Assembly (NCBI GenBank): GCA_046590735.1
Contig: JBKJUD010000312.1
Location: 1-33,039, forward strand
Reading direction: 5' to 3'
DNA from: Candidatus Eiseniibacteriota bacterium
GTDB taxonomy: Bacteria > Eisenbacteria > RBG-16-71-46 > CAZEPH01
DNA length: 33,039 bases
Positions 1 to 8,063 of this stretch are shown one piece after another (the first letter of the stretch is position 1; each line of letters starts with the position of its first letter). Below the pieces are notes generated by a model. It was not told where the DNA came from. It worked only from the letters and a program-made list of their open reading frames with translations, and searched no databases. Both the position numbers and the translations under genes were made by a program.

Positions 1-266
1 CCGGCGATGTTGTGGCCGCCGCCCTTGATGCACACCAGAAGGTCGTGCTCGCGGGCGAACTGCAGGCAGGCGATGACGTCGGCAACGCCCAGACAGCGGG
101 CGATCGCGACGGGACGCCGGTCGATCATGGCGTTCCAGACGGTGCGCGAGTCGTCGTACTCCGGTTCACCTGGAAGAATCACGGGACAGCGCAGGCGTGG
201 CTTCAGGCTGTCGAGCATGTCCTGCGTGAGGTCGAACGCGTTCCCCTCCAGCGATGTCGCTCTCAT
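1..266 (-). CDS. FAD-binding oxidoreductase (PCMH/BBE-like), N-terminal part only; gene runs off the left edge
   Basis: Manual minus-strand translation from ATG at 266-264: MRATSLEGNAFDLTQDMLDSLKPRLRCPVILPGEPEYDDSRTVWNAMIDRRPVAIARCLGVADVIACLQFAREHDLLVCIKGGGHNIAG. The GGGH motif region is typical of FAD-binding domains. No stop before the window edge, so it is absent from the ORF track. Confidence 0.6.
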   Translation of the reverse strand, partial: MRATSLEGNAFDLTQDMLDSLKPRLRCPVILPGEPEYDDSRTVWNAMIDRRPVAIARCLGVADVIACLQFAREHDLLVCIKGGGHNIA

Positions 267-350
267 GGTCCGGTTCTCCTACGACTGCGGAAGATCGCGC
301 GGCTCGAGCGCCACGCGATCCTCCACACTAGACCCTTGCGCGTCGACGGC

Positions 351-830
351 TCAACTGCGATCGGGGCGTGCCACCAGAGGACGGTTGAGCTCCGTGCGCC
401 AATCGGCTGGATCCTCACTGGTTTCCGGCCCGACGACATACCGCTCCCAGAAATCTGCCCGGCACTCGTGCCCGTTCGCCTCGATCCACTCGAGGAACTC
501 ACCCCATGCGTCGCCCAGCTCCTCGTAGTCGCCGTGGAACACCGTCTGCACGACGGAGGCCGCGGCCAGCTCGCCGTCGCAGACGCGGCCGGTCGGCGTG
601 ACGGCCGTCGATACCGGAACGCAGATTTCGAAGTCGAACACGTCGTCGTCGAGTCGCAGGTGGTGGGTGAACCACGGGCCGGCCGGCGCGATGCCCTGCG
701 CCGCGAGCGCCGACATCACCTCCTGGATGCCGGGTCCCATGACGTCCTGGATTTTCTCGCGCGGGATGGTGACGGGAATGTAGGCCATGCGTTGCGCGGG
801 GGACTCGGCGAGGCGCGGTGCTTCGATCAT
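351..830 (-). CDS. GyrI-like small-molecule-binding domain protein (159 aa)
   Basis: C-terminal 159 codons of ORF 351..1679 starting MIEAPRLAESPAQRMAYIPV... The upstream part of that long ORF is a frame artefact. The ATG at 830-828 overlaps the TGA of the upstream gene (ATGA). Confidence 0.75.
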   Translation of the reverse strand: MIEAPRLAESPAQRMAYIPVTIPREKIQDVMGPGIQEVMSALAAQGIAPAGPWFTHHLRLDDDVFDFEICVPVSTAVTPTGRVCDGELAAASVVQTVFHGDYEELGDAWGEFLEWIEANGHECRADFWERYVVGPETSEDPADWRTELNRPLVARPDRS

Positions 831-1303
831 GTGGGACTCCCGGGGTGTGAGGTGCCGGACCGGCAGAGGCGCCACGCGCCGTCCGGCAAATGAATCGACG
901 CGCACACCGGGCCGCCGTCGCGTCCGCGGCCCTCGATGCGCACCTCGAGCCACACGCCAGGAGCGTGCGCGGCGAGCGCGTCCGCCATGGAGATGGAGGT
1001 GAGGGGAATCTTGGCGCGGCGGTTCCAGAAGGTCAGTGGCTGCCCCGCGGCGCGGCCCGCGTTGAGATACACGAATCGCACCGCCGGGGCACCCTGGGTG
1101 AACGGGCCGAGAAGGTTCGCGCCGCCGTCCGGCCGCACCGCGCCCAGCCGCGCCGTGAAATCGAAGACAGCTTCCTCCGGCGAGCTTGTCGTGGGGCCGA
1201 CGAGTTCCGCGCGGCCTCGCTGCAGCCGCAGGGTCACGCCCTCGACCGGGCGCAGCACGACGATGCGCAACGCGACGTCGGCAGCCTCGTGCGCCGGCGT
1301 CAC
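827..1303 (-). CDS. DUF5990-like hypothetical protein (158 aa, GTG start)
   Basis: Last 158 codons of ORF 827..1879: VTPAHEAADVALRIVVLRPVEG...GPFTQGAPAVRFVYLNAG...FWNRRAKIPL. GTG at 1303-1301. The family name is from memory of the FxGPxVQG / RFxYL / RRAK pattern. Confidence 0.55.
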   Translation of the reverse strand: MTPAHEAADVALRIVVLRPVEGVTLRLQRGRAELVGPTTSSPEEAVFDFTARLGAVRPDGGANLLGPFTQGAPAVRFVYLNAGRAAGQPLTFWNRRAKIPLTSISMADALAAHAPGVWLEVRIEGRGRDGGPVCASIHLPDGAWRLCRSGTSHPGSPT

Positions 1304-1701
1304 AGCCGCGGCCCGCACGGCTCGGGCAGGAACTGGCCGTGGAGCAATTCCTCCATGTAGGCGGCGTGCACGTAGCGCTGTTCCGCCTCGTGCGGCGCCA
1401 CCACTGTGATGCCGGCGCGGGCGAAGGCGGTGGCGTAGAAGCCGGACTCCATGGTGAACCGGGTGCCCAGCAGGCCGGCTGTGTGGCAGCCGAGGGCGCG
1501 GGCCGCGTCGGCGGTCGCCTCGACGATGCGATGAGCGGCAGCGACACGCGGTCGCGCACGCGGTCGAACACGATGTGCGGGGTGTTCGCGGCGAGCAGGC
1601 CGAAGTCGGCGCCGGCGCGCGCGATAGCGTTCGATGATGCGGTGGTAGTAGTCGATCGTCGAGTCGGGGCCGATGCCACCGATGATGCCTACCCTGGGCA
1701 T
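1300..1701 (-). pseudogene. Asp/Glu racemase family remnant (internal deletion, frame changes, 3' truncation)
   Basis: ORF 1300..1701 starts MPRVGIIGGIGPDSTIDYYHRIIERY and later reads IVEATADAARALGCHTAGLLGTRFTMESGFYATAFARAGITVVAPHEAEQRYVHAAYMEELLHGQFLPEP. The segment between them (ARAGADFGLLAANTPHIVFDRVRDRVSLPLI) reads only in the frame of ORF 351..1679. About 45 residues after IERY and the C-terminal third of the family are absent. Confidence 0.6.
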
Positions 1702-1758
1702 GCGCGTCTCCGGGTCCAGGTGCTGCGTCGCCGCCGGCGCCGCCCGCGCTGAACGGGA

Positions 1759-4674
1759 CTAGCCGCCGACCCCGTAGGTGGCGAGCAACTGATTCAGCGC
1801 GCTCAGCTCCAGCGGCTTGGTGAAGTGGTGGTCGAACCCCGCCTCCTTCGAGTGTCGGCGGTCGATGTCCTGCCCCCATCCGGTCACCGCGATCAAGATT
1901 ACCGTACTGCCGCGATCCGCGCGAATCTTCCGTCCGGCCTCATAGCCATTGAGCTTGGGCAATCCGATGTCCATCAGCACGACGTCCGGCCGGAATTCCG
2001 CGGCCACGCGCACCGCCTCCAGCCCGTCGTGCGCTGTGTGCACCTCGTTGTTCATACGCCGCAGCAACATGGTCAGGCTGTTGGCCGCATCGCGGTTGTC
2101 ATCGACGACCAGGATGCGGCGCCGAGGGGCCGTGGAAGGCTTCGACTCGTCGGGCGCTGCGTCCGCCGGGGCCGCCGGCGGCAACCCCGCCGCAATCGGC
2201 AGGCGCACCGTGAACCGGCTGCCCTTGCCCGGACCCTCGCTGTGGGCCCGGAGGGTCCCGCCGTGCATCTCCACGACGCGAGCCGCCAGCGTCAGGCCGA
2301 TACCCAGCCCACCCTGCGAGCGGTGCTTCGACGGATCCGCCTGCGTGAACATGTCGAAGATCCGCGGCAGCATCTCGGCCGGGATGCCGATGCCCGTGTC
2401 CGAGACGTGGATCTCGACGAACTGTCCCTCCTGGCGCGCATTCAGCGCGAGACGGCCGCCGCGTTCGGTGTACTTGGCGGCGTTGTTGAGCAGGTTGAGC
2501 AGCACCTGGGACAGCCGGGTGAAGTCCGCGTGGAGCGGCACCGGCTGGGCGGGTGTGGAGACGCTCAGCTCGTGTCCCCACTCCTCGATCACCGGTCGGC
2601 TCGCCTCCACCGCGCTCTGGATCACGGCCTCGAGATCCAGTGGCTCACGCCGCAGCTCGATGGTGCCGCGCGTGATGCGCGAGACGTCGAGTAGGTCGTC
2701 GACCAGCCGTGTCATCTGCCGCACCTGCCGGTCGATCACCCCGCGCGCCCACTGCAGCTCCGGGATCGCCGGACCCTTGTTGTGCAGCAGCTGGACGGCA
2801 TTGCGAATGGGCGCCAGCGGATTGCGCAGCTCGTGCGCGAGGATCGCGAGGAATTCGTCCTTGCGCTTGTCCGCCTCGCGCAGGGCGGCCAGCAGCTTCG
2901 AGTTATCGATAGCGATCGCCGAGCGGTGCGCCAAGTCCTCCGCTGCGTGCAGGTCGTCCTCGTGGTAGATGCGCCCGGAGTCCGCGGTCGCGAAGGTGAG
3001 CGTGCCGATCGTGCTGCCGCGCGAGGACAGCGGCACGCAGATGTAGGACTTCAATCCCATCTCACGCAGGACGCGGAGATGCTCGCCGTCGCGCGCGCTC
3101 TGCGCGAGAAGGTCGTCGGGAATCTCGCTTTCCCAGTCAGGCTTTCCCGTCCGCAACACCCGCATGACGCCGCGCGGGTCCTCCGGCCTCGGGGGGTAGC
3201 GCTGGTCCAGTTGGCGCACGAGCGACACCTTGGTGGGATCCACATGCGTCACTGCAAGGCGGCGCGGCATCCCCTCGGGCGTGACGATGTCCACGGCGCA
3301 CCAGTCGGCGAAATGCGGGACGGCCATCGTCGCGATGCGCTGCAGCGTACTCTCGTAGTCCGTCAGTTCGGCCAGCGTGGCGCTGGCGTCTGCGAGGAAC
3401 TGCGACGTCTGCTCCGCGCGCTTGCGCTCGGTGATGTCGCGCGTGAAGCAGCGCGTGTGGACGAACTTTCCGTCCTGCCACAGCACGCTGGAGTCGACGA
3501 GCACGTGCCTGAGAGACCCGTCCTTGCATCGCAGGGTCGCCTCCTGGTCGTGCAGGATCTCTCCCGCCGAGAGACGGCGCAGGATCTCGCTGATGGTGTC
3601 CTGGTTCGCGTGGAACTCCGCAATGTTCCGTCCGACGTATTCGTCGTGCGAATAGCCGAGCATCGCGAGTTCGGCCTTGTTGGCCCGCAGGATGACGCCG
3701 TCTGGCCCCACCCAGTGGAATCCGACGGTCGCGTTGTCGAAGAAGTCCGTGAGCTCCCGCTCTCGACGGCGGAGAGTTTCCTCCACCTGCCGGCGCTCGG
3801 TAATGTCGACGAGCACGTTCACCGCCCCGATGATCCGGCCCTGGGCGTCGCGCAGCGGCTCCGGGTGGGGGAGGACGGAGTGGCGGGAGCCATCCTGCAT
3901 TTCGAGGATGACTTCCTGCCCGCGCACGCTTCGGCCCTCCCGCAGCGCGATCGTGATCGGCCATTCCTCCGGGGGCATCTCGGTGCCGTCGGTCGCGGAG
4001 ACGCGCTTCGAGCCACACCATTTGTCCACGCCGAGGCGCGGCGGACGGTTCCACAGCTTGCTGGCCTCATCGTTGTAATAGGTGATGTGGCCCTCGCTGT
4101 CGGTGGTATAGACCGCCGCCGGCAAGGCGGTGACCAGGCCGCGGAAACGGTCCTCGCTCTCGCGCAGCGCAAATTCCGCACGCTTCTGCTGCAAAACAAG
4201 CGCTGCCTGGTTCGCGCCCACGCCCAGCAGCGTGCGCTCGCTTTCGTCCGGGAATCCGGGCTGGCGTGCGCCGGCAATCATTCCACTCCCGTCGTCGCCC
4301 AGGCCGAACCGCACGGCCACGACGTGCAGCGTGCCCTCACCCAGCGGGTGCGGGATCGAGGATGGCACGTCTGCCCGCTCGAGCGCCAAGAGGCGGGCAA
4401 GCGCCGCCGCCGCCCGCCGCGATTCCTCAGGGGTCGTCGTGCATTCCCGGTCGCGGATCAACTCGATGGGCGGCTGCCGGACCCCGCTTGGCGCGATGCG
4501 GACATAGATGAAGTCGATCGCCAGCGAATCAAGCAGGACGCTGGCCAGGCTCTGGGCGATGCCGGACTCGTCGTAGCTCGCCCAGATGGCGGGGAGCGTC
4601 GAAAGCGCGACGACCTCGCGGAGGGTGCGGCGCAACTGGTTGCTGTCGTCACGATTGCTGTTCATGGGTTGCAT
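1759..4674 (-). CDS. Hybrid sensor histidine kinase (GAF-like N-term, PAS repeats, GAF, HisKA, HATPase_c, C-terminal receiver), 971 aa
   Basis: ORF 1759..4674. H-box DEFLAILAHELRNPLAPI. ATPase motifs LLNLLNNAAKYT, DTGIGI, GGLGIGL. Receiver RILVVDDNRDAANSL...VVLMDIGLPKLNGYE...FTKPL. Confidence 0.9.
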   Translation of the reverse strand: MQPMNSNRDDSNQLRRTLREVVALSTLPAIWASYDESGIAQSLASVLLDSLAIDFIYVRIAPSGVRQPPIELIRDRECTTTPEESRRAAAALARLLALERADVPSSIPHPLGEGTLHVVAVRFGLGDDGSGMIAGARQPGFPDESERTLLGVGANQAALVLQQKRAEFALRESEDRFRGLVTALPAAVYTTDSEGHITYYNDEASKLWNRPPRLGVDKWCGSKRVSATDGTEMPPEEWPITIALREGRSVRGQEVILEMQDGSRHSVLPHPEPLRDAQGRIIGAVNVLVDITERRQVEETLRRRERELTDFFDNATVGFHWVGPDGVILRANKAELAMLGYSHDEYVGRNIAEFHANQDTISEILRRLSAGEILHDQEATLRCKDGSLRHVLVDSSVLWQDGKFVHTRCFTRDITERKRAEQTSQFLADASATLAELTDYESTLQRIATMAVPHFADWCAVDIVTPEGMPRRLAVTHVDPTKVSLVRQLDQRYPPRPEDPRGVMRVLRTGKPDWESEIPDDLLAQSARDGEHLRVLREMGLKSYICVPLSSRGSTIGTLTFATADSGRIYHEDDLHAAEDLAHRSAIAIDNSKLLAALREADKRKDEFLAILAHELRNPLAPIRNAVQLLHNKGPAIPELQWARGVIDRQVRQMTRLVDDLLDVSRITRGTIELRREPLDLEAVIQSAVEASRPVIEEWGHELSVSTPAQPVPLHADFTRLSQVLLNLLNNAAKYTERGGRLALNARQEGQFVEIHVSDTGIGIPAEMLPRIFDMFTQADPSKHRSQGGLGIGLTLAARVVEMHGGTLRAHSEGPGKGSRFTVRLPIAAGLPPAAPADAAPDESKPSTAPRRRILVVDDNRDAANSLTMLLRRMNNEVHTAHDGLEAVRVAAEFRPDVVLMDIGLPKLNGYEAGRKIRADRGSTVILIAVTGWGQDIDRRHSKEAGFDHHFTKPLELSALNQLLATYGVGG

Positions 4675-4756
4675 CCGCCCCGCCGCATCGGTCGGTCTGC
4701 GGTGTCCAGCGATTCAACGGCCCTGGACGCTCGCTTGTGTGCCCTGTCCTGTCATG

Positions 4757-4927
4757 TCATGTCGCGCTCGCGCCACGTCGTTCGGCGCGGGCGCGAAGTT
4801 CGCGCAGGAATTCCTCAGGCGGAACGAAGAAGGGGTTCTCTTGCAGGATGCCGGCGATGATCACCATGGGATGCGTACGCAGGATGTCCATCACGACGTT
4901 GGCGCCGAACCGGGCCAGGTCGTATGT
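4757..4927 (-). other. In-frame continuation of the MEDS gene beyond its TGA (56 codons, then TGA at 4759-4757)
   Basis: Manual translation directly after the TGA at 4930-4928: TYDLARFGANVVMDILRTHPMVIIAGILQENPFFVPPEEFLRELRARAERRGASAT. Same frame, with good third-position G+C. It reads like the conserved C-terminal part of this protein family. Confidence 0.6.
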
Positions 4928-5404
4928 TCAGCAGACCGCGTCGTCGTATTTGGGCAGGATGAAATTGAGCCGCGTCTCGTACTCCACGATGTCCTCGACG
5001 CCGGGCCGGTCCTCCAGCGCCCACTCCATGTTGGCGAGCAGACGGGTGAGGGGAAATCCTTGGGCTTGACCGTGCTGCAGGACCTCCTCGATCAACGCCA
5101 GCATCCGGTTCTGGTCGAAGTGCCCGTCGCGCAGGTACGCGTCCTCCCAGCGCACCACCTCGAGCTGCCCGCTGCGCTCCATTTCCTCGACGTCGATGCC
5201 GGCCTCGTGCAGCCGGGCGAGGTGCTGCGGTCGGTGCGCGGGATCCACGATGTGGAACGCCTTGTCGCCGTGTTCGAATCCTTCCTCGATGTACGGCATC
5301 AGGACGCGATACTCTTCCTGCTTGCTGTGGAAGAAGGCGCAGACGTGACGCGAGCGGTCGAGAATCGACCCGGCCAACTGGACCGGCTTGTTCTTGAGAC
5401 CCAT
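4928..5404 (-). CDS. MEDS-domain protein, as terminated by the TGA at 4928-4930
   Basis: ORF 4928..5521. Sensible start is MGLKNKPVQLAGS... (ATG 5404-5402), 6 nt after AGGAG; an alternative ATG is at 5410. Sequence HVCAFFHSKQEEYRVLMPYIEEGFEHGDKAFHIVDP...LANMEWALED...ILPKYDDAVC then TGA. Confidence 0.7.
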   Translation of the reverse strand: MGLKNKPVQLAGSILDRSRHVCAFFHSKQEEYRVLMPYIEEGFEHGDKAFHIVDPAHRPQHLARLHEAGIDVEEMERSGQLEVVRWEDAYLRDGHFDQNRMLALIEEVLQHGQAQGFPLTRLLANMEWALEDRPGVEDIVEYETRLNFILPKYDDAVC

Positions 5405-5465
5405 GATCATCTCCTGGCGTCTGGTGGTGCCTGGCGCGGGCCGCGATCGCGCGGCCGTGTGACCA

Positions 5466-5906
5466 CTACTGCAACAGCGGGGGGTGGGGCGCAGGTTCGA
5501 AGGTGATGTCCACCGGCTCACCAGGGTTCTGCAGGCGAATGCGGAAGACCCCAGCGCCTAGCTCGAGAATGCGGCCATCGGACGGCCGCCCGTCCTCGAC
5601 CAGGGTCAGCGCGCTGTCCGCCTGCGTCCACGAGCCCAGCGATGGCGTGCCGGTCGACGAGGCGATGACCAAGGTGCCGTCGGTGAGGAAGACGTAGGTC
5701 TGCCCTTGGGCCACGGCGTTCGAGGCCGCCACCTGCCACACCTGGTTGACGAATGACGGCGCTGCGTGGGCCACTGCGGGTGCGCCGGCAGGCGGCGGGT
5801 GCTGCATCTTGGAAGTCGGTTGGGAACAGCCCGCGAGTGCCACCCCGGCGAGAATCGCAAGACCGCACGGGAGTGCGAGCCGCCGGAGCGGCCGATGGCG
5901 TATCAC
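5466..5906 (-). CDS. Lipoprotein of unknown function (146 aa)
   Basis: ORF 5466..5906. GTG start preceded by GGGAGG. Signal peptide with lipobox LAGC (MIRHRPLRRLALPCGLAILAGVALAGCSQ). Confidence 0.7.
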   Translation of the reverse strand: MIRHRPLRRLALPCGLAILAGVALAGCSQPTSKMQHPPPAGAPAVAHAAPSFVNQVWQVAASNAVAQGQTYVFLTDGTLVIASSTGTPSLGSWTQADSALTLVEDGRPSDGRILELGAGVFRIRLQNPGEPVDITFEPAPHPPLLQ

Positions 5907-6045
5907 TTCGGTCCCCTCCCGGTGCCCTCGTCCCTTGGGGCGCGTGCGTTAGGCACGAGCTGGGACGGGGTATGTATTAGGGTGGCCGAGTTTTTCCAAC
6001 GTTCCGAAAAATTTTCGCGGGCGAGCGAGGCGCCTGAGCCGCGGA

Positions 6046-6095
6046 TGAGTGAACATGTAACTGATTACATTATAATCATTTACGTCACTTGCAAA
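6046..6095. promoter_or_regulatory. AT-rich island with the palindromic octamer ATTATAAT; candidate promoter/operator
   Basis: gtgaacatgtaactgattacattataatcatttacgtcacttgcaaag stands out against a GC-rich background. On the minus strand TTGCAA lies 14 nt upstream of TATAAT, which is a short spacer. A GTAA-N4-TTAC dyad lies next to it. The island is about 140-190 bp upstream of the lipoprotein gene. Confidence 0.35.
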
Positions 6096-6097
6096 GA

Positions 6098-6128
6098 GCT
6101 CGCCGGGCCGCGGGCGCGGCCGGCGAGC
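6098..6128 (-). terminator. GC-rich hairpin followed by TCTTT; possible intrinsic terminator of the small lysine-rich ORF
   Basis: GCTCGCCGG...CCGGCGAGC forms a 9-bp perfect outer stem. On the minus strand it is followed by TCTTTG. It starts 15 nt after the TAA at 6145-6143. Confidence 0.4.
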
Positions 6129-6142
6129 CCGGCTGGTGGCCC

Positions 6143-6235
6143 TTATTTCTTGCGGGTGTCGCCTGCGGCCTTCTTGACCACCGCCTTCTTGGGCTTCTTG
6201 GTTTCCTTTTTCTGTGCGTTGTTGCCCTTGGCCAT
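6143..6235 (-). CDS. Small lysine-rich protein (30 aa)
   Basis: MAKGNNAQKKETKKPKKAVVKKAAGDTRKK. ATG at 6235-6233 lies 5 nt after GGAGG. Tail of ORF 6143..6364. Confidence 0.5.
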   Translation of the reverse strand: MAKGNNAQKKETKKPKKAVVKKAAGDTRKK

Positions 6236-6409
6236 CGAGTCCTCCAGTCGGGTCCCGCGATCGTGCACGAGGGATACGTGCCGCGGCGAGCGAGCGCCCC
6301 GCGCCGCGACCCATGCAGGGCGCGGTGCGGAAGAGCCTAGCTTAGCGTACCCGCGCGGCGGCATCCAGATGGAATGCGCCTTCGGCGCGACACGGTCGGC
6401 CGCGGCGCG

Positions 6410-6622
6410 TCAGGGCTTCTTGCCGCCGAACATCAGCAAGCCCCCGCCCAGCACGATCGCCCCGACCCCGGCCCACAGCGGGATGTTCACCCGGTGCTTC
6501 TCGTTGACCCCGATCTCCACCGGGCCGACCTTGGCCTCGGTCCGATGCTTCGTGTAGGAGAAGCCCCCGTAGATCACCGCGAGCACACCTACCACCAACA
6601 GAATCGCCGCAAATGCCTTCAT
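6410..6622 (-). CDS. Small two-TM membrane protein (DUF3185-like, 70 aa)
   Basis: ORF 6410..6622: MKAFAAILLVVGVLAVIYGGFSYTKHRTEAKVGPVEIGVNEKHRVNIPLWAGVGAIVLGGGLLMF. GGAGGAG sits upstream of the ATG. Confidence 0.7.
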   Translation of the reverse strand: MKAFAAILLVVGVLAVIYGGFSYTKHRTEAKVGPVEIGVNEKHRVNIPLWAGVGAIVLGGGLLMFGGKKP

Positions 6623-6708
6623 TGGTCTTCTCCTCCGGAAAGTCAGATTGCGGAAGGGTTGGAGGGAAGGCGACGCAGGGCGGTTCCGCGTTGTTCAAAT
6701 GTGGGGCG

Positions 6709-6837
6709 CTGCTGCAGGTGGCTGCGCAGCATCCAGGCGTTCTAATGATAGTTGTGCGTCTTGAGGTAGAGCGTGTAGGAACTCGCCAGCAGCTTCGAGA
6801 GAGAGTCGACGACTGCCTGGTTGTCGTGCTTGGTCAT
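6709..6837 (-). pseudogene. Dps (DNA-protection-during-starvation) remnant: N-terminal 31 codons, TAG, then a C-terminal tail
   Basis: Manual translation from ATG 6837-6835 (AAGGAG upstream): MTKHDNQAVVDSLSKLLASSYTLYLKTHNYH, TAG (6744-6742), then in frame NAWMLRSHLQQ. KTHNYHW is the usual Dps helix-A motif and AWMLRxHL a usual Dps C-terminus. The ferritin-fold core between them is missing. Confidence 0.55.
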
Positions 6838-6881
6838 CCGGGTCTACTCCTTCGGGTCGTGAGGACGACGGGGGCGCGCGC

Positions 6882-7147
6882 CTAGCGCTCCGCGACCTTC
6901 TTGACGCCTTCGAGAATGGTGCCCCATGTCGTCGCGGCGAGATCCCGCGCCCCGGCGTCGGGATGCCCTTGTCCTCGTAGGGCTTGCCCTCTCAATCGCC
7001 CCGCCACGTGACGGGACTGCCCACGCGCCAGTCCGTCTCGACGTGGGTTCCGAACATGTTTTCCTCGATGGCTGCCGGGTCGAGCAGGGCGACGGCCACC
7101 AGGTCGAAGGCGACGCGCGCGGCGATCACGAGCCAGATGTGCCGCCG
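6882..7147 (-). pseudogene. SRPBCC/AHSA1-like remnant (in-frame TGA, internal deletion with frameshift, no clear start)
   Basis: Manual translation: ...VIAARVAFDLVAVALLDPAAIEENMFGTHVETDWRVGSPVTWRGD, TGA (6994-6992), EGKPYEDKGI. The C-terminal tail DLAATTWGTILEGVKKVAER then follows in another frame, with TAG at 6884-6882. The family pattern is WRGEWEGKxYEDKG, so the stop sits where Trp is expected. Confidence 0.55.
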
Positions 7148-7915
7148 CTATTCGGGCTTCGCCGTCAGCTTCTGCATGAACGCCGTGATCATGTCGACGG
7201 GGACCGGGAAGATGGTGACCGAGTTGTTCTCGGTGGCGATCTCGGCGAGCGTCTGCAGGTAGCGCAGCTGGATCGCCGCGGGTTGCTGCTGGATGATCGC
7301 CGCGGCCTCGGCGAGACGCGTCGCGGCCTGGTACTCGCCCTCGGCGTTGATCACCTTGGCGCGCCGCTCGCGCTCGGCCTCGGCCTGGCGCGCGATCGCC
7401 CGCTGCATCTCCTGCGGCAGGTCGACGTTCTTCACCTCCACCACCGACACCTTGATCCCCCACGGCTCGGTATGCGTGTCGATGACACGCTGCAGCTCGA
7501 TGTTGATCTGCTCGCGCTCGGCAAGGATCTGGTCCAGATCGGCCTGGCCGGCGGTGGCGCGCAGCGTCGTCTGCGCGATCTGCGAGGTGGCGTAGAGGAA
7601 GTTCTCGATCTCGACGATCGCGCGCGAGGCGTCGACCACGCGGAAGTAGATCACCGCGTTGATCTTCACCGACACGTTGTCCCGCGTGATGACGTCCTGC
7701 GCAGGCACGTCCATGGTGATCGTGCGCAGGCTGACCTTCACCATGCGGTCGATGAAGGGAATCAGCAGGATGAGGCCCGGCCCCTTCTCGGCCACCAGCC
7801 GGCCGAGGCGGAACACCACGGCGCGCTCGTACTCGCGCAGGATCTTGATGGAACTGGCGAGGACGATGAGCAGCAGGATGACCAGCGGCGAGAGGAACTG
7901 GAACAGGACATTCAT
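7148..7915 (-). CDS. SPFH/band-7 (stomatin-like) membrane protein, 255 aa
   Basis: ORF 7148..8083 trimmed to [16 protein letters not shown]... (ATG 7915-7913 after GGAGGA). Contains [17 protein letters not shown]...AEGEYQAA. Confidence 0.9.
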   Translation of the reverse strand: MNVLFQFLSPLVILLLIVLASSIKILREYERAVVFRLGRLVAEKGPGLILLIPFIDRMVKVSLRTITMDVPAQDVITRDNVSVKINAVIYFRVVDASRAIVEIENFLYATSQIAQTTLRATAGQADLDQILAEREQINIELQRVIDTHTEPWGIKVSVVEVKNVDLPQEMQRAIARQAEAERERRAKVINAEGEYQAATRLAEAAAIIQQQPAAIQLRYLQTLAEIATENNSVTIFPVPVDMITAFMQKLTAKPE

Positions 7916-8063
7916 CGAGGAATCCTCCGAGGAGTCCCGGACACTATACGCTCGGGCCTGCCAGAAAGCGCGCAGCCACGACGCGACGGGGCCCTCCGGC
8001 GTCGCGCGTGGGGCCCGACGTAGCCGCGTCCGTCGGGCGTGGCACACTGAATCGGTGGTGCGC

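Noticed and set aside
351-1879. ORFs 351..1679 (442 aa) and 827..1879 (350 aa) as single large proteins
   Set aside because: Only the C-terminal 159 and 158 residues look like real proteins (GyrI-like, DUF5990-like). The upstream parts are Arg/Pro/Ala-rich read-through across the racemase remnant in other frames.
4928-6994. Genetic-code reassignment of TGA or TAG as an explanation for the in-frame stops
   Set aside because: Well-supported genes in the same window terminate at TGA (DUF721, NTase-fold, DUF5990-like) and at TAG (gyrA, gyrB, dnaN, rpmH). Two of the three in-frame stops also sit in genes with large deletions.
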